From Melittangium boletus DSM 14713 (GTDB lineage Bacteria > Myxococcota > Myxococcia > Myxococcales > Myxococcaceae), in NCBI RefSeq assembly GCF_002305855.1, contig NZ_CP022163.1:7131765-7195764 (forward strand): 64,000 nucleotides of DNA, written 5' to 3'. How positions within the stretch are numbered: the stretch's first letter is position 1; every line of letters begins with the position of its first letter. Under the pieces are notes generated by a model that searched no databases, was not told where the DNA came from, and saw only the letters and a list, made by a program, of their open reading frames with translations. This document shows positions 18,204-28,600 of this stretch, one piece after another. The translations under genes were made by a program, and so were the position numbers.

Positions 18204-21200
18204 TCAGCTCTCGGTCGCGGTGAGCCGGCTCGCCAGGTGAGCCGTCAGCTTGGTCACGGTCGGGTACTGGAAGAGGTCCACCATGGTCGGCTCGATGCCG
18301 AAGGCGTCGAGGATGCGCCCCTGCATGTTGGGCAGCAGCAGGGAGTGGGCACCCAGGTCGAAGACATTGGCGTCGTGCGCCAGCTCGTCCTCGTCCAGCT
18401 TGAGCACGTCGCACCAGAGCGCGGCGAGCTGGTCGGCGATGGCCGTCTGGTCCAGGGCGGCACGTGCGGCGGGCGGCGCGGGCTCGGCCGCCTTGGCCGT
18501 GGTCGCGGCGACGGGAAGCTGACTGGCCAGGAAAGCCGTCAGCTTGGTCACGGTCGGGTACTGGAAGAGGTCCACCATGGTCGGCTCGATGCCGAAGGCG
18601 TCGAGGATGCGCCCCTGCATGTTGGGCAGCAGCAGGGAGTGGGCACCCAGGTCGAAGACGTTGGCGTCGTGCGCCAGCTCGTCCTCGTCCAGCTTGAGCA
18701 CATCGCACCAGAGCGCGGCGAGCTGGTCGGCGATGGCCGTCTGGTCCAGGGCGGCACGTGCGGCGGGCGGCGCGGGCTCGGCCGCCTTGGCCGTGGTCGC
18801 GGCGACGGGAAGCTGACTGGCCAGGAAAGCCGTCAGCTTGGTCACGGTCGGGTACTGGAAGAGGTCCACCATGGTCGGCTCGATGCCGAAGGCGTCGAGG
18901 ATGCGCCCCTGCATGTTGGGCAGCAGCAGGGAGTGGGCACCCAGGTCGAAGACGTTGGCGTCGTGCGCCAGCTCGTCCTCGTCCAGCTTGAGCACGTCGC
19001 ACCAGAGCGCGGCGAGCTGGTCGGCGATGGCCGTCTGGTCCAGGGCGGCACGTGCGGCGGGCGGCGCGGGCTCGGCCGCCTTGGCCGTGGTCGCGGCCGT
19101 GGTGTGGGCGCGCTGGCGCACGGTGAGTTTGATGCCGAAGGCGTCACCCAGCGTCTGGATTGCGTGCGGCTCCGCGCTGGTGTGCGCGGTCAGGCTGGTG
19201 AGTGGTTCCGGCGACATGTCGAGTTCCACCCGCATGCGCGGCCGGGTGGCATCGAGGCCGATGAACAAGGTGTCCTCGGCCTGGGCCAGGGCGCTGTCCA
19301 ACAATTCGAGCGCGGCGTCGGGATTGAACACCATGAAGCCGCGCTCGCGGGTGAGCTCCTTGAGCGCGTAGCCGCGGCTGAGGCCGGTCTCGTCCCACAT
19401 GGACCAGGCGAGCGTACACACCCGCGTGCCCTTGCCATTCCAAGATCCGGCGAGCGCTTCCTGGAAGCGATTGGCCGCCGCGTAGGTGGCGAGTCCCGGT
19501 CCGCCGAAATACCCGTTGACCGACGAGAACAGGGCAACCCAGGAGATGCCCAGCGCCTGGGCCGTCTCGACGACCGTGTGGCTGCCGGCGACCTTGGCGA
19601 CCAGTCCTCCCAGGGCCTTGTTCCGGTCGAGCTGCGCGAGGGGCTGCTCGATGAAGCTGCCCGCGAGGTGGATGATGCCATCGGGCTTGCCGCCCAGCGA
19701 CTCACCGGCGCGCACGAGTGCTCCGCGCAGCCCCTGGCTGTCGGTGACATCTCCGGCGACGTAACCGACCTCACCGAGCTGGCGCAGCCCGGCCAGAGCG
19801 GCCGCGCTGGCCGCGTCCAGTGCGCTCTCGGCGCGGCGGCCGAGGATGGCGACGCGGGCTCCGAACGCCGTCACGAGGTAGCGCACCAGCGCACGGCCAA
19901 TGCCACCAAGCCCGCCGATCACGACATACCGTCCATCGCGGCGAAGCACGCTGCTCTGGCCCTGGAGGCTGGCCGGCGCCAACCGGCTCACCAGCCGGCG
20001 CCCACGGCGGTACGCGCTCTCAACCTCGCTGCCCGGGTCGCTGAGCTCACCGGTGACCACCTCGGCGAACGCCTCGAGCGAGTCGATGTCGACGCCGCGG
20101 GCTTGGGCCCGTGTCTCCTCGCGCAAGACGCGCATGAGCGCACCGATCATCGCGGCCTTGGGATCGGCGAGGAGTTCGCCCGTGCCGACGCGCACGGCCC
20201 CCTGGGTCACGGCCAGGAAGCGCGGATGATTCTTGCCGAAGCGCCGGGCCAGCGGCGGCAGCAGGGCGAGGAGGGCGTCGGTGGCGTCGAAGGGCGCCTC
20301 GGCCCCGGGCTTGTCGGCGAGGGGCCAGGCGTAGATGAGCGGCGCGGTGGCCGCCGTATGGGCAAGGTGCTCGACCAGCCGCGCGGCATCCTCGGTGCTG
20401 CCAGGCGCGAGGGTGATCCGATCGTCGCCGTTCAACGCGAAGCCAGCACCTGGCTCGACCACGAGGACACGGCGCTTCCCCGTGGCCAGCGCCGCGATCA
20501 GCTGCTTGCCTGGCTCGCCCGCGGGTGCGAACAACACCACCGTGTCCGGCAGGGGGCGTACGGGGGTGAGCCCGTGCGGTACCCAGCGGCGGCGATACAC
20601 GCTACCCCTCAGCCCGTCGTTCCGGCTGACGGCGATCGGGTTGTTGGCCGCCGCCGCGTTCTTGCGGGGCCGCCGCCAAGCGGGCGCCAGGAGGCCCTTC
20701 TCGAGCCTGGCCTTGAGCACCTCTTTCTGGATCTTGCCGATGGAGGTGCGCGGCATTTCCTCGGGCGCCACCACCACCATCACCGAGGGGGAGATGCCGA
20801 AGGTGCGGGTGAGCTGGATGCGCAGGTCCGCGAGCAATGCCTCGCGCGCCTCACCCGTCTTCTCCGTGTGGAGGAACAGGGCGAGCTGGTCGGTGACATC
20901 TCCCGCCTCGCGCACGGCCATCGCCGCCGTGTGGGCGGGCACGACGCCGGGGATCGTCTCCACCATGCGCTCGATCTCGGTGGGGGCGATGTTGAGCCCG
21001 TTGACGATGAGGACGTCCTTGCGCCGGCCCACGATGTGGAGGCCCTGGTCGATGACGACGCCGAGGTCGCCCGTGTCGAACCATCCCTCGACGGGGAAGG
21101 ACTCCCGGTTGGCCTCCGGGTTGTTCAAGTAGCCGTCGAAGATGCTGACGCCGCGGATCTGCAGCCGGCCGCGCTCGCCCTCGTTCATCACACGGCCGTC

Positions 21201-22769
21201 GTCGTCGGCGATGCGGATGGTGATACCGTGGATGGGCTGGCCGACCGACACCGACGCGGTCTTGGCCGAGGCCCTCCTGAAGTCCCGCTCGAAGGTCACT
21301 CCCGAGCACGTCTCGGACATGCCCCAGGCTGGACGCATGGCATCCGCGCGAAGGCCGTGCGGGGCCAGGAGTTCCATGAACTGCAGCGCCTGCTCGGCGA
21401 CGATCGCCTCGCCGCCGTTGAGGATGAACCAGAGCGGTGACAGGTCCCAACGCTTCGCCCGCACCTCCTTGGCGCGCGTGTTGACCAGGCTGTACCCGAA
21501 GTTCGGTGCCCACGTCACGGTGACCCGGTACTGACTGCACCAGTCAATCCAGGTGAGCGGGTACTTGAGCACCAGGTTGGTTTCCGCCTGGATCTGCGAG
21601 CAGCCGCACACCACGTCGCGCAGATGGAACATGACCAGGCCGCCCACGTGATCCAGCGGCAGCCAGTTGAGGGACACCTCCTCGCGGCGGAAGCCATTGG
21701 TGAGGATCGTGGCGCGCGAGCGGCTGATCAGCCGGCGATGCGTCTGGGGCACGATCTTGGGCTCGGCCGTGCTGCCGGAGGTGAGCAGCAGCAGCGCCGG
21801 AGCATCCGAGGAGCGGGCCACTGGCGCGGCGAGGGGCGCGGCACCGCGGAGATTCTCCAGCGAGACCACGCTCCGTCCGGTAAGCCCACCGGCGCGCAGC
21901 AGCTCGGCGCTCTGCTCGGCGCGGTCCGCCCGGGTGATGAGCGCCGCGGACGGGAGCCGCGCCATGGTCGAGCGCACCTTCTCGCTTGCCGGCTCCCCCG
22001 CGGCCAGCAGCACGGGCACGGCGAGCGGCACTGGCACCAGCCCGGCCAGCACCGCGCCCCAGAACGCGGGCACGAAGTCACCGGGATCGGCCAGTTGCAT
22101 GATGAGCTCGCTCCCGGGGGCGAGGTTCGCGCTCACCAGCCCGCCCGCGATCCGCCGGGCCTCGGCGAGGAGCTCGGGATAGGAGGAGAAGCGCTCGCCC
22201 GCCGCGGTGAGGAAGCGGACTCCATATTCAGGAGAGATGCGTGCCGCCCGCTCCAGCACCTCGGCCAGGTTCGCGGGCGTGTCGGGCGAGGCGGGCAGCT
22301 CGGGCCCCTGGAGATAGGCCGGCCGGGGGCTGGCGTGCTTCGGGCTGTCGGCGAGGGTCGTCGGCGACTCGAGCGGAGCTGACTCGACCGCCAGCGAAGC
22401 CGCTGGATCCAGGGCGCGCAACCGCTCGCCCAGGCTCGCGAGCGCGTTCTCGTCGAGCACCGGAAGGAGCTGGAGTTGAGCGCGATCGAGCTGGCCGCCG
22501 CCATCACGCGGCAGGCTGGTGAGCGCGACGACGGCCGCGAGTTCCTGGGGGGGCACGCCCTGTTCGGCCGCGAGGGCGCGTGCGCCCTCCAGCGTCACCG
22601 GCTCGGACGCGGCCACGTACGCGACGAGGCGTTGTCCGCCATCACTTCCCTGGCGAGACAGGACGGCACAATCGCGCACCTGGGGGGCCGCGAGCAGCGC
22701 CGCGGACAACCTGGCGGCGAGTTCCTCACCACCCATGGAATGCTTGTTCGCAACGACAGGCTGATTCAT
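18204..22769 (-). CDS. Loading protein: A-domain C-terminal remnant, fatty acyl-AMP ligase (FAAL), KR, and three tandem ACPs
   Basis: FAAL motifs (LTSGSTAEPK, WAPNFGY, WFDTGDLG, GRRKDVLIVNGLNIAPTEIE). KR motifs (GGLGGIG, YAAAN). Three 98-aa ACP copies, each with LGAHSL. The first roughly 100 aa resemble an adenylation-domain A9/A10 region (RLVAYV...LPRDGGGQLDR). Confidence 0.85.
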   Translation of the reverse strand: MNQPVVANKHSMGGEELAARLSAALLAAPQVRDCAVLSRQGSDGGQRLVAYVAASEPVTLEGARALAAEQGVPPQELAAVVALTSLPRDGGGQLDRAQLQLLPVLDENALASLGERLRALDPAASLAVESAPLESPTTLADSPKHASPRPAYLQGPELPASPDTPANLAEVLERAARISPEYGVRFLTAAGERFSSYPELLAEARRIAGGLVSANLAPGSELIMQLADPGDFVPAFWGAVLAGLVPVPLAVPVLLAAGEPASEKVRSTMARLPSAALITRADRAEQSAELLRAGGLTGRSVVSLENLRGAAPLAAPVARSSDAPALLLLTSGSTAEPKIVPQTHRRLISRSRATILTNGFRREEVSLNWLPLDHVGGLVMFHLRDVVCGCSQIQAETNLVLKYPLTWIDWCSQYRVTVTWAPNFGYSLVNTRAKEVRAKRWDLSPLWFILNGGEAIVAEQALQFMELLAPHGLRADAMRPAWGMSETCSGVTFERDFRRASAKTASVSVGQPIHGITIRIADDDGRVMNEGERGRLQIRGVSIFDGYLNNPEANRESFPVEGWFDTGDLGVVIDQGLHIVGRRKDVLIVNGLNIAPTEIERMVETIPGVVPAHTAAMAVREAGDVTDQLALFLHTEKTGEAREALLADLRIQLTRTFGISPSVMVVVAPEEMPRTSIGKIQKEVLKARLEKGLLAPAWRRPRKNAAAANNPIAVSRNDGLRGSVYRRRWVPHGLTPVRPLPDTVVLFAPAGEPGKQLIAALATGKRRVLVVEPGAGFALNGDDRITLAPGSTEDAARLVEHLAHTAATAPLIYAWPLADKPGAEAPFDATDALLALLPPLARRFGKNHPRFLAVTQGAVRVGTGELLADPKAAMIGALMRVLREETRAQARGVDIDSLEAFAEVVTGELSDPGSEVESAYRRGRRLVSRLAPASLQGQSSVLRRDGRYVVIGGLGGIGRALVRYLVTAFGARVAILGRRAESALDAASAAALAGLRQLGEVGYVAGDVTDSQGLRGALVRAGESLGGKPDGIIHLAGSFIEQPLAQLDRNKALGGLVAKVAGSHTVVETAQALGISWVALFSSVNGYFGGPGLATYAAANRFQEALAGSWNGKGTRVCTLAWSMWDETGLSRGYALKELTRERGFMVFNPDAALELLDSALAQAEDTLFIGLDATRPRMRVELDMSPEPLTSLTAHTSAEPHAIQTLGDAFGIKLTVRQRAHTTAATTAKAAEPAPPAARAALDQTAIADQLAALWCDVLKLDEDELAHDANVFDLGAHSLLLPNMQGRILDAFGIEPTMVDLFQYPTVTKLTAFLASQLPVAATTAKAAEPAPPAARAALDQTAIADQLAALWCDVLKLDEDELAHDANVFDLGAHSLLLPNMQGRILDAFGIEPTMVDLFQYPTVTKLTAFLASQLPVAATTAKAAEPAPPAARAALDQTAIADQLAALWCDVLKLDEDELAHDANVFDLGAHSLLLPNMQGRILDAFGIEPTMVDLFQYPTVTKLTAHLASRLTATES
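18207..19091. repeat. Three near-identical 294-bp tandem repeats, each encoding one ACP of the loading protein
   Basis: The ORF track shows identical 90-aa off-frame ORFs at 18250, 18544 and 18838 (period 294 bp). In-frame, the ACP sequence 'AATTAKAAEPAPPAARAALDQTAIADQLAALWCDVLKLDEDELAHDANVFDLGAHSLLLPNMQGRILDAFGIEPTMVDLFQYPTVTKLTA' occurs three times. Confidence 0.9.
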
Positions 22770-22787
22770 TGGCAGCAGTCTCCTGAT

Positions 22788-23564
22788 TCAACGAGACGCA
22801 ACGGACATGGCCGCTGGCGATTTCAAGACATCGAGGATGGCCGCTACCTTGGCTTCGATGTTGTCTCGTATGAAGAAATGACTTCCTGGAAATGTCTTCA
22901 GATCAAAGCTGATGCTGCTCTGACGCGACCAGGCGCCCACCTGGGCAGGAGGGGCGACATAGTCATCCACTCCGGCCAGGCCGGTCATGGGCACTGGGAG
23001 CGGTGGCTCCTCGGCCATGCAATAGGAGTGGTCGAGCGCGAGATCGGCGCGAACGATGGGCAGAACGATGTCGAGCAACTGGCGATGCGCGAGGATCTCT
23101 TCGACCAGGCCATTGAAGCGCCTGAGCTCGGCGATGAATTCCTCTCGGGGCAGCTCGTGAACGGGGCCGATGTTGCTGGCGAGCTCCGGGCCGATGTGGC
23201 CCGAGGCGAAGAAGTGGCGGGGCAGGGGTCGCCCCAGGCGGCGCATCCGGCGCATCACCTCGAATGAGAGGATGGCGCCGAAGCTATGGCCAAACAGCCC
23301 GTCGATGGGGACCTTGAGCGTGGCCAGCGCGGCCGTGATGCCCTCGACGGCCGCGTCGAAACTGGTCAGCAACGGCTCGCCGATGCGGTTCTCGCGGCCA
23401 GGAAGCTGGATGGCGATCAAGGCCACGTCATCCGGCAGGTGTGTCCGCCAGGGCGCGTACAGCGACGCCCCACTGCCGGCCGAGGGAATGGCGACCAGCG
23501 TGAGATTCGGATGCGCCGGCATGCGAATGGGGCGCAACCAGGGACTCTGGGGCACTTCGACCAT
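22788..23564 (-). CDS. Type II thioesterase
   Basis: Start at MVEVPQSP (ATG 23564; the track ORF extends further upstream). GHSFGA motif. Second TEII-like gene in the operon. Confidence 0.75.
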   Translation of the reverse strand: MVEVPQSPWLRPIRMPAHPNLTLVAIPSAGSGASLYAPWRTHLPDDVALIAIQLPGRENRIGEPLLTSFDAAVEGITAALATLKVPIDGLFGHSFGAILSFEVMRRMRRLGRPLPRHFFASGHIGPELASNIGPVHELPREEFIAELRRFNGLVEEILAHRQLLDIVLPIVRADLALDHSYCMAEEPPLPVPMTGLAGVDDYVAPPAQVGAWSRQSSISFDLKTFPGSHFFIRDNIEAKVAAILDVLKSPAAMSVASR

Positions 23565-23599
23565 GGCGGACCTTCTGTGCGCGGATGAGGCGGTCCGCC

Positions 23600-24514
23600 T
23601 CAGGCCAGATGCGGAAAGGGTTGTCCCAGGTTGTTCTCGCGGCGGATGCGATTGTGCCCGTAGCGATCCTCTCCGCTCACCAGCACGCAGCCGTAGTTCG
23701 CCGCGTCCAGATCGAAGTCCCCACCATGGGCGCGGAACTTGCGCTCGTACGGGTAGACGCGCACGTCCGTGGACGTGTACCGGCTGGTGATGGCGAAGCG
23801 GGTCTTGCGCTGGGTCGTGTTGGGATACGACGCATGCACGCACTTGGCCGTGAAGATGACGCACTCACCCGGTTGCATCTCCATGGCGAGCGCCTGGCTC
23901 TCGTCGGGCATCCACTTGGGGTCGACCTTGAACTCCTGGAAGTCGTAGCCGAAGAAATCGCTCTTCGCCTCGATCGAGCGGTACGCGTCGGAGCGCCCTT
24001 GGGTCACGGCCTTGGACTCGTCGTAGTAAACCTTCTTGTGGCTGCCGGGCAGGAACTTCATGCACCCGTTCTCGCGGGTGGCCTCGGTGAACACCGTCCA
24101 GACGGTGATATCGAGGTGGTCGCTGTTGCGGCCGTCCACCGGCTCCAGCATGGGCACACCGGTCGCGTAGCGGTAGTTCGCGACCTGGTGCCACTCGGTC
24201 CCGGCGGCGCCGGGAAACTTCGGGAAGAACTCGGTGCGCCAGCCCAGGAGATCCATGCCCAGGATGCCGCGCACGCGACGAACGATGCCCGGGTGGCCAA
24301 CGTGCTGCGACAACTCGGGGATGTCGAAGTGCCGGTCGTAGTTGACGTCGTTCTTGTGCAGCGCGTGGCTCCGGTCGGCGTTGCGCATGCGAATGGTTTG
24401 TAGAAGCTCTCGCGCCACCTCGGGCTCGTAGAGCTTGAACGGACCAATCACACCGTCTTGCTTGAAGCGGGTGATTTCCTCGGGGGTCAGCAGGGTGTCA
24501 GGAGCAGTGTTCAT
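23600..24514 (-). CDS. Phytanoyl-CoA dioxygenase (PhyH) family Fe(II)/2-oxoglutarate-dependent oxygenase
   Basis: 304 aa with PhyH-like conserved regions ('WHQ', 'HxD...H' metal ligands). Its start overlaps the stop of the preceding gene in the operon. Confidence 0.8.
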   Translation of the reverse strand: MNTAPDTLLTPEEITRFKQDGVIGPFKLYEPEVARELLQTIRMRNADRSHALHKNDVNYDRHFDIPELSQHVGHPGIVRRVRGILGMDLLGWRTEFFPKFPGAAGTEWHQVANYRYATGVPMLEPVDGRNSDHLDITVWTVFTEATRENGCMKFLPGSHKKVYYDESKAVTQGRSDAYRSIEAKSDFFGYDFQEFKVDPKWMPDESQALAMEMQPGECVIFTAKCVHASYPNTTQRKTRFAITSRYTSTDVRVYPYERKFRAHGGDFDLDAANYGCVLVSGEDRYGHNRIRRENNLGQPFPHLA

Positions 24515-25626
24515 GGGATGGCCGCTGAATGCGCGACCTTGTTGGGGGCGCGCGTGGACAAGTACGACGCAATCTCTTGGTCGATGAAGGCAGCATCACG
24601 GCCGACACCTCCGAGCAGGGAGGAGTCGAAGTAGTACAGCCACTTGAGGCCGAGGAAATAGAGTCCGGGAGAAGACGTCACGCCCCGCTGGTGCTGGGGC
24701 GCGCCTTCCTCGGTGAAGACCGGCACATGGACCCAGGGGTAGCTGGGCCGGTAGCCCGTGGCCCACACGATCGCACCGAAGCGGTGCTGGGTGCCGTCGG
24801 CGAAGCGGACCTCGTTGCCATCGACGGCCACCACCCGCGATTGCAGCTTGATGCCGTGCTCGGCGGCGAGCCGCTCCGGCGTGGTCCCGATGACCTCGTC
24901 CGGCTGATGCTTCATGCGGCTGCCCAGGCGCGAGTCGGCGGTGACGCGAGGAAGGCCGAGGAGGTGGGCCCACCAGAAGAGATCCCGTCCCAGGATGCGG
25001 CGCCGGAGCCACGCCGTGCGACCCAGGGCCAGATGGACCTTGTGGGTGCGCGCCAGATCCTGGGCGATGCCCGCTCCGGAGTTACCGCAGCCGACCACCA
25101 GGACGTCCTCGCCAGCGGGCATCTGCTTGGAGCTCCGGTAGTCCTTGCTGTGCATCTGCACCACCCGCTCGTCCGCGCCGCGCGCCGCGTCGGGAATACG
25201 GGGCTCGTGGTACGGACCGGTGGCGAGCACGACCACGGGGGCTTCGAAAACACCCTGGTTGGTCTCGGCCTGGTAGTTCTCGCCCACCCGGCGCAGGCTG
25301 CTCACCTTGTGGTTGGTCTGGACGGGAATGGAGAACTTTTTCGCGTACCGGACCAGGTAGTCGGCCACCTGGTCCTTGTGGGGGAAGGACCACGCGGGCC
25401 CTTCGAAGTCCATACCGGGCAGATTGTTGTACGGGCACGGGGTGATGAGCTGCAGAGACTCCCAGCGATTGCGCCACATGTGGCCGATTTCCGAGCCACC
25501 GTCGAGGATGGTGAATTGCTGGCCACGCCGCGCCAGGTAATAGCCCAGGGCCAGGCCGCTCTGGCCTCCGCCGATGATCAGGACATTGGAGCGATGCGTG
25601 GAATGTGCTTGGGTAGTGGAAGTCAT
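24511..25626 (-). CDS. Class B flavin-dependent monooxygenase (FMO / N-hydroxylase-like)
   Basis: Two dinucleotide-binding motifs, GGGQSG (FAD) and GCGNSG (NADPH). ATGA overlap with the PhyH gene. Confidence 0.8.
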   Translation of the reverse strand: MTSTTQAHSTHRSNVLIIGGGQSGLALGYYLARRGQQFTILDGGSEIGHMWRNRWESLQLITPCPYNNLPGMDFEGPAWSFPHKDQVADYLVRYAKKFSIPVQTNHKVSSLRRVGENYQAETNQGVFEAPVVVLATGPYHEPRIPDAARGADERVVQMHSKDYRSSKQMPAGEDVLVVGCGNSGAGIAQDLARTHKVHLALGRTAWLRRRILGRDLFWWAHLLGLPRVTADSRLGSRMKHQPDEVIGTTPERLAAEHGIKLQSRVVAVDGNEVRFADGTQHRFGAIVWATGYRPSYPWVHVPVFTEEGAPQHQRGVTSSPGLYFLGLKWLYYFDSSLLGGVGRDAAFIDQEIASYLSTRAPNKVAHSAAIP

Positions 25627-25650
25627 CTCGGTGTTTCTATCTGCCAGGGG

Positions 25651-28600
25651 TTAGTGGTTTTTAGGAACTGCCCGGTCGTTGAGAGCCATGCCGAGCCGCT
25701 CGGCCAACGTGGCGACATGGGGCTCGGTCATCATCGAGTAATGATCACCGGCGATGTGATGATGCTTGATGCTGGAGGCCAGACGCCGCCACGGGGCGAC
25801 CCGCTCGCGCTCGTCGGACTCGGCCGCATCGAGCAGGACCACGGGCGCGCGCACCGGCGTCGGGGCGTAGCCATCCATGGCCGCGCTGTGGTGCAGGAAC
25901 ACGCGATACAGGCGCTCGAGCTGTTCCGTGGTGACGTCCTGGGCAATGGCGCCAGCGGCCTTGGCCTGTGCCAGCACCGCGGCCAGCCGGGCGCCATCGT
26001 CCAGGGTTTCGAGCCCACTCATGTCGAGGTTGCATGGACGGCCACTCGTCGCCAGGAGATCCCTCATGAACCAGGCCAGAAGCGCGAGGTCGCTTAGCAT
26101 GGATTTACGTCCGGGCACAGCGCTGTCGATGAGCGCGAGCAGATTGACCTCGTCACCCCGCGCCTCGAGCACGCGCGCCATCTCGAGAGCGACCAATCCA
26201 CCCATGGACCAGCCGCCCAGGAGATAGGGCCCCTGGGGCTGAATCTCGCGCACCGCGTCGACATAGATGTTGGCCATCTCCTGCAAGGTATTCAGTGGCT
26301 TCTGGTCGCCGACGAAGCCGCGTGCTTGCAGCCCGTACACCGGACGCTCCGGGGCGATGGACGCGACCAGCGCACGGTAGCAGAAGACATTACCACCCAC
26401 GGGGTGGACCAGGAAGAGCGGGGTTTCGGAGCCGCTCTTGCGCAACGGCACCACGGGCGACCAGTCCAGGGACGCGTGCGTTGCTCGCGTGGCCTCCTGG
26501 GCCGCTTGCTCGACCCGGTCCGCCTGGTGGGCGATGGTCGGCCCTTCGAGCATGCTGGACAAGGGCAGCTCACGGCCCAGTTGCGCATGCACCCGCGCCA
26601 GCAGGCGGACGGCCGCGAAGGAGTGGCCTCCCAGCTCGGCGAAGAAGTCATCGTGAATGCCGACCTCGTCGAGGGCGAGGACCTCGCGCCAGATCTCCGC
26701 GAGGGTGTTCTGGAGGGGGGTCTGTGGCGCTACCCGCTTGGCGCGTCGAGCGCCGGCGAGCACGGCGTCGGGCGCGGGCAGGGATTTGCGATCGACCTTG
26801 CCATTGGACGTCAGGGGCAGCTCGGACAGGAGGACGAACTGACCGGGTACCATGTAGGCGGGCAAGCTGGCCGAGAGGTGTTTGCGCAGTGCCTCGATGT
26901 CCACGGGCGCGGGCGCGTCTCCGGGCCCCGGCTCCTGACCCACGACATAGGCGACCAGGCGCCGCTCACCGCGGCTGGGGCCGTGGGCGGTGACCACACA
27001 GGCTTTCACCCGCGGGTGCTTTTCCAGGGTGGCTTCGATCTCGCCCAGCTCGATGCGATACCCCTGAATCTTGACCTGGTGGTCCGCGCGGCCGAGGAAT
27101 TCGATGTTGCCGTCAGGCAAATAACGGCCGAGATCTCCGGTGCGATACAGCCGCTCTCCGGTCACGGGGTGGGTGATGAAACGCTCGCGGGTCTTGTCCG
27201 GGTCGGACAAGTAGCCTTTGGCCAGACCGATCCCCGCGATGTAGAGCTCGCCCTGGACCCACGTGGGCCGCGGCCTCAAGGACTCGTCGAGCACGTGGAA
27301 GCGCTGATTGTCCAGCGGACGGCCATAGGGAATGCTCTGCCAGGTGGGATCCACGCGATCGATCGGATGGATGATCGACCAGATCGACGCCTCGGTCGCG
27401 CCGCCCAGGCTGACCACCTGGCATTGAACCGCGCGGGACTGGATGCGCTCGGGCAGCGCCACGGGAATCCAGTCGCCACTGAGCATGGCGACTCGCAGGC
27501 TCTCGATGGGGGCGGCATGATCCTGCTCCTCCCGATCCACCAGGAGTTGCATGAGCTGGGGAACCGAGTTCCACAGCGTCACCCGGTGCTCGCGGACGAG
27601 CTTTGCCCAGTGGGCGGGATCGCGAGCATGCTCGGCATCCGGGATCACCACGGTGCCGCCAGCGGCCAGTAGACCGAAGACATCGTAGACCGAGAGATCG
27701 AAGCTCAGCGACGACACCGCCAGCACCCGATCCTCGGGCCCGACGGCGAAACGCCGATTGATGGCGAGGACCGTGTTGACCGCGCCGCGATGGTCGATCA
27801 TCACCCCCTTGGGCAGACCGGTCGAGCCCGAGGTGAAGATGACGTAGGCGAGATCGGTCGCGGTCTGGATGAAGGGCAGCGGCGTGGCGTCGCCCGTCTC
27901 GGATTCGTGACCGACCACGAGGCGTGGCAGGGCCTCGGGCCAATCGACCGTGTTGTCGAGCGCTTGCTGCGTGAGGACCAGGGCCGCGCGGCCATGGTGC
28001 ATGAGCGCGTGCAAGCGCTCTCGCGGCAGGGACGGGTCGATGGGCAGGTACGCGGCACCCGCGTTGAGAATACCCAGCGCCGCCACGAGCTGCTCCCAGC
28101 CCTTTTCCATGCTGATGGCCACGAGCTGGTTCGGGCCAATGCCCAGGGCGCGGATGCGGTGCGCCAGCCGGTTGGCGCGATCCCTGAGTTCTCCATAGGA
28201 GATCACGCGATCGCCCGCGATGATCGCCGGGTGCTCGGGGCGCTGGGCCACCTGCGCGGCGAAGAGCTCGTGAAGCATCTCGCCGGGGATGGGCTTGTCC
28301 GAGGCGTTGGCCTGGGCGCGAGCGCCGAGTTCGGCGGGACGAAGCTCGACGGGCCTGGTCTCGTCCCAGCCGCGGCCCTTGGCGAGCTTGGCCAGGAGAT
28401 CATTGAAGATCGCGAACATGGACGCGGTCAGGCCAGGCGGGAAGATGCCCTTGCGCACATCCCAGTGGAAGCGCAGGCCCGCGCGGGACTCCATCACCTG
28501 ATGGTCAATCCACACATGGGGGGTCTGCAGCCGGTTGCTGACCACCGTGAAGAAGAGTGCATCCGACTCGACCTCCTCGGCGGACATGTGCAGGCTGCTG

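Noticed and set aside
18174-21440. 1088-aa plus-strand ORF (and the 17812-19002 396-aa minus ORF) over the FAAL-KR-ACP gene
   Set aside because: Antisense or off-frame reading of the NRPS/PKS gene. Internally repetitive only because it crosses the 294-bp ACP repeats. No protein motifs.
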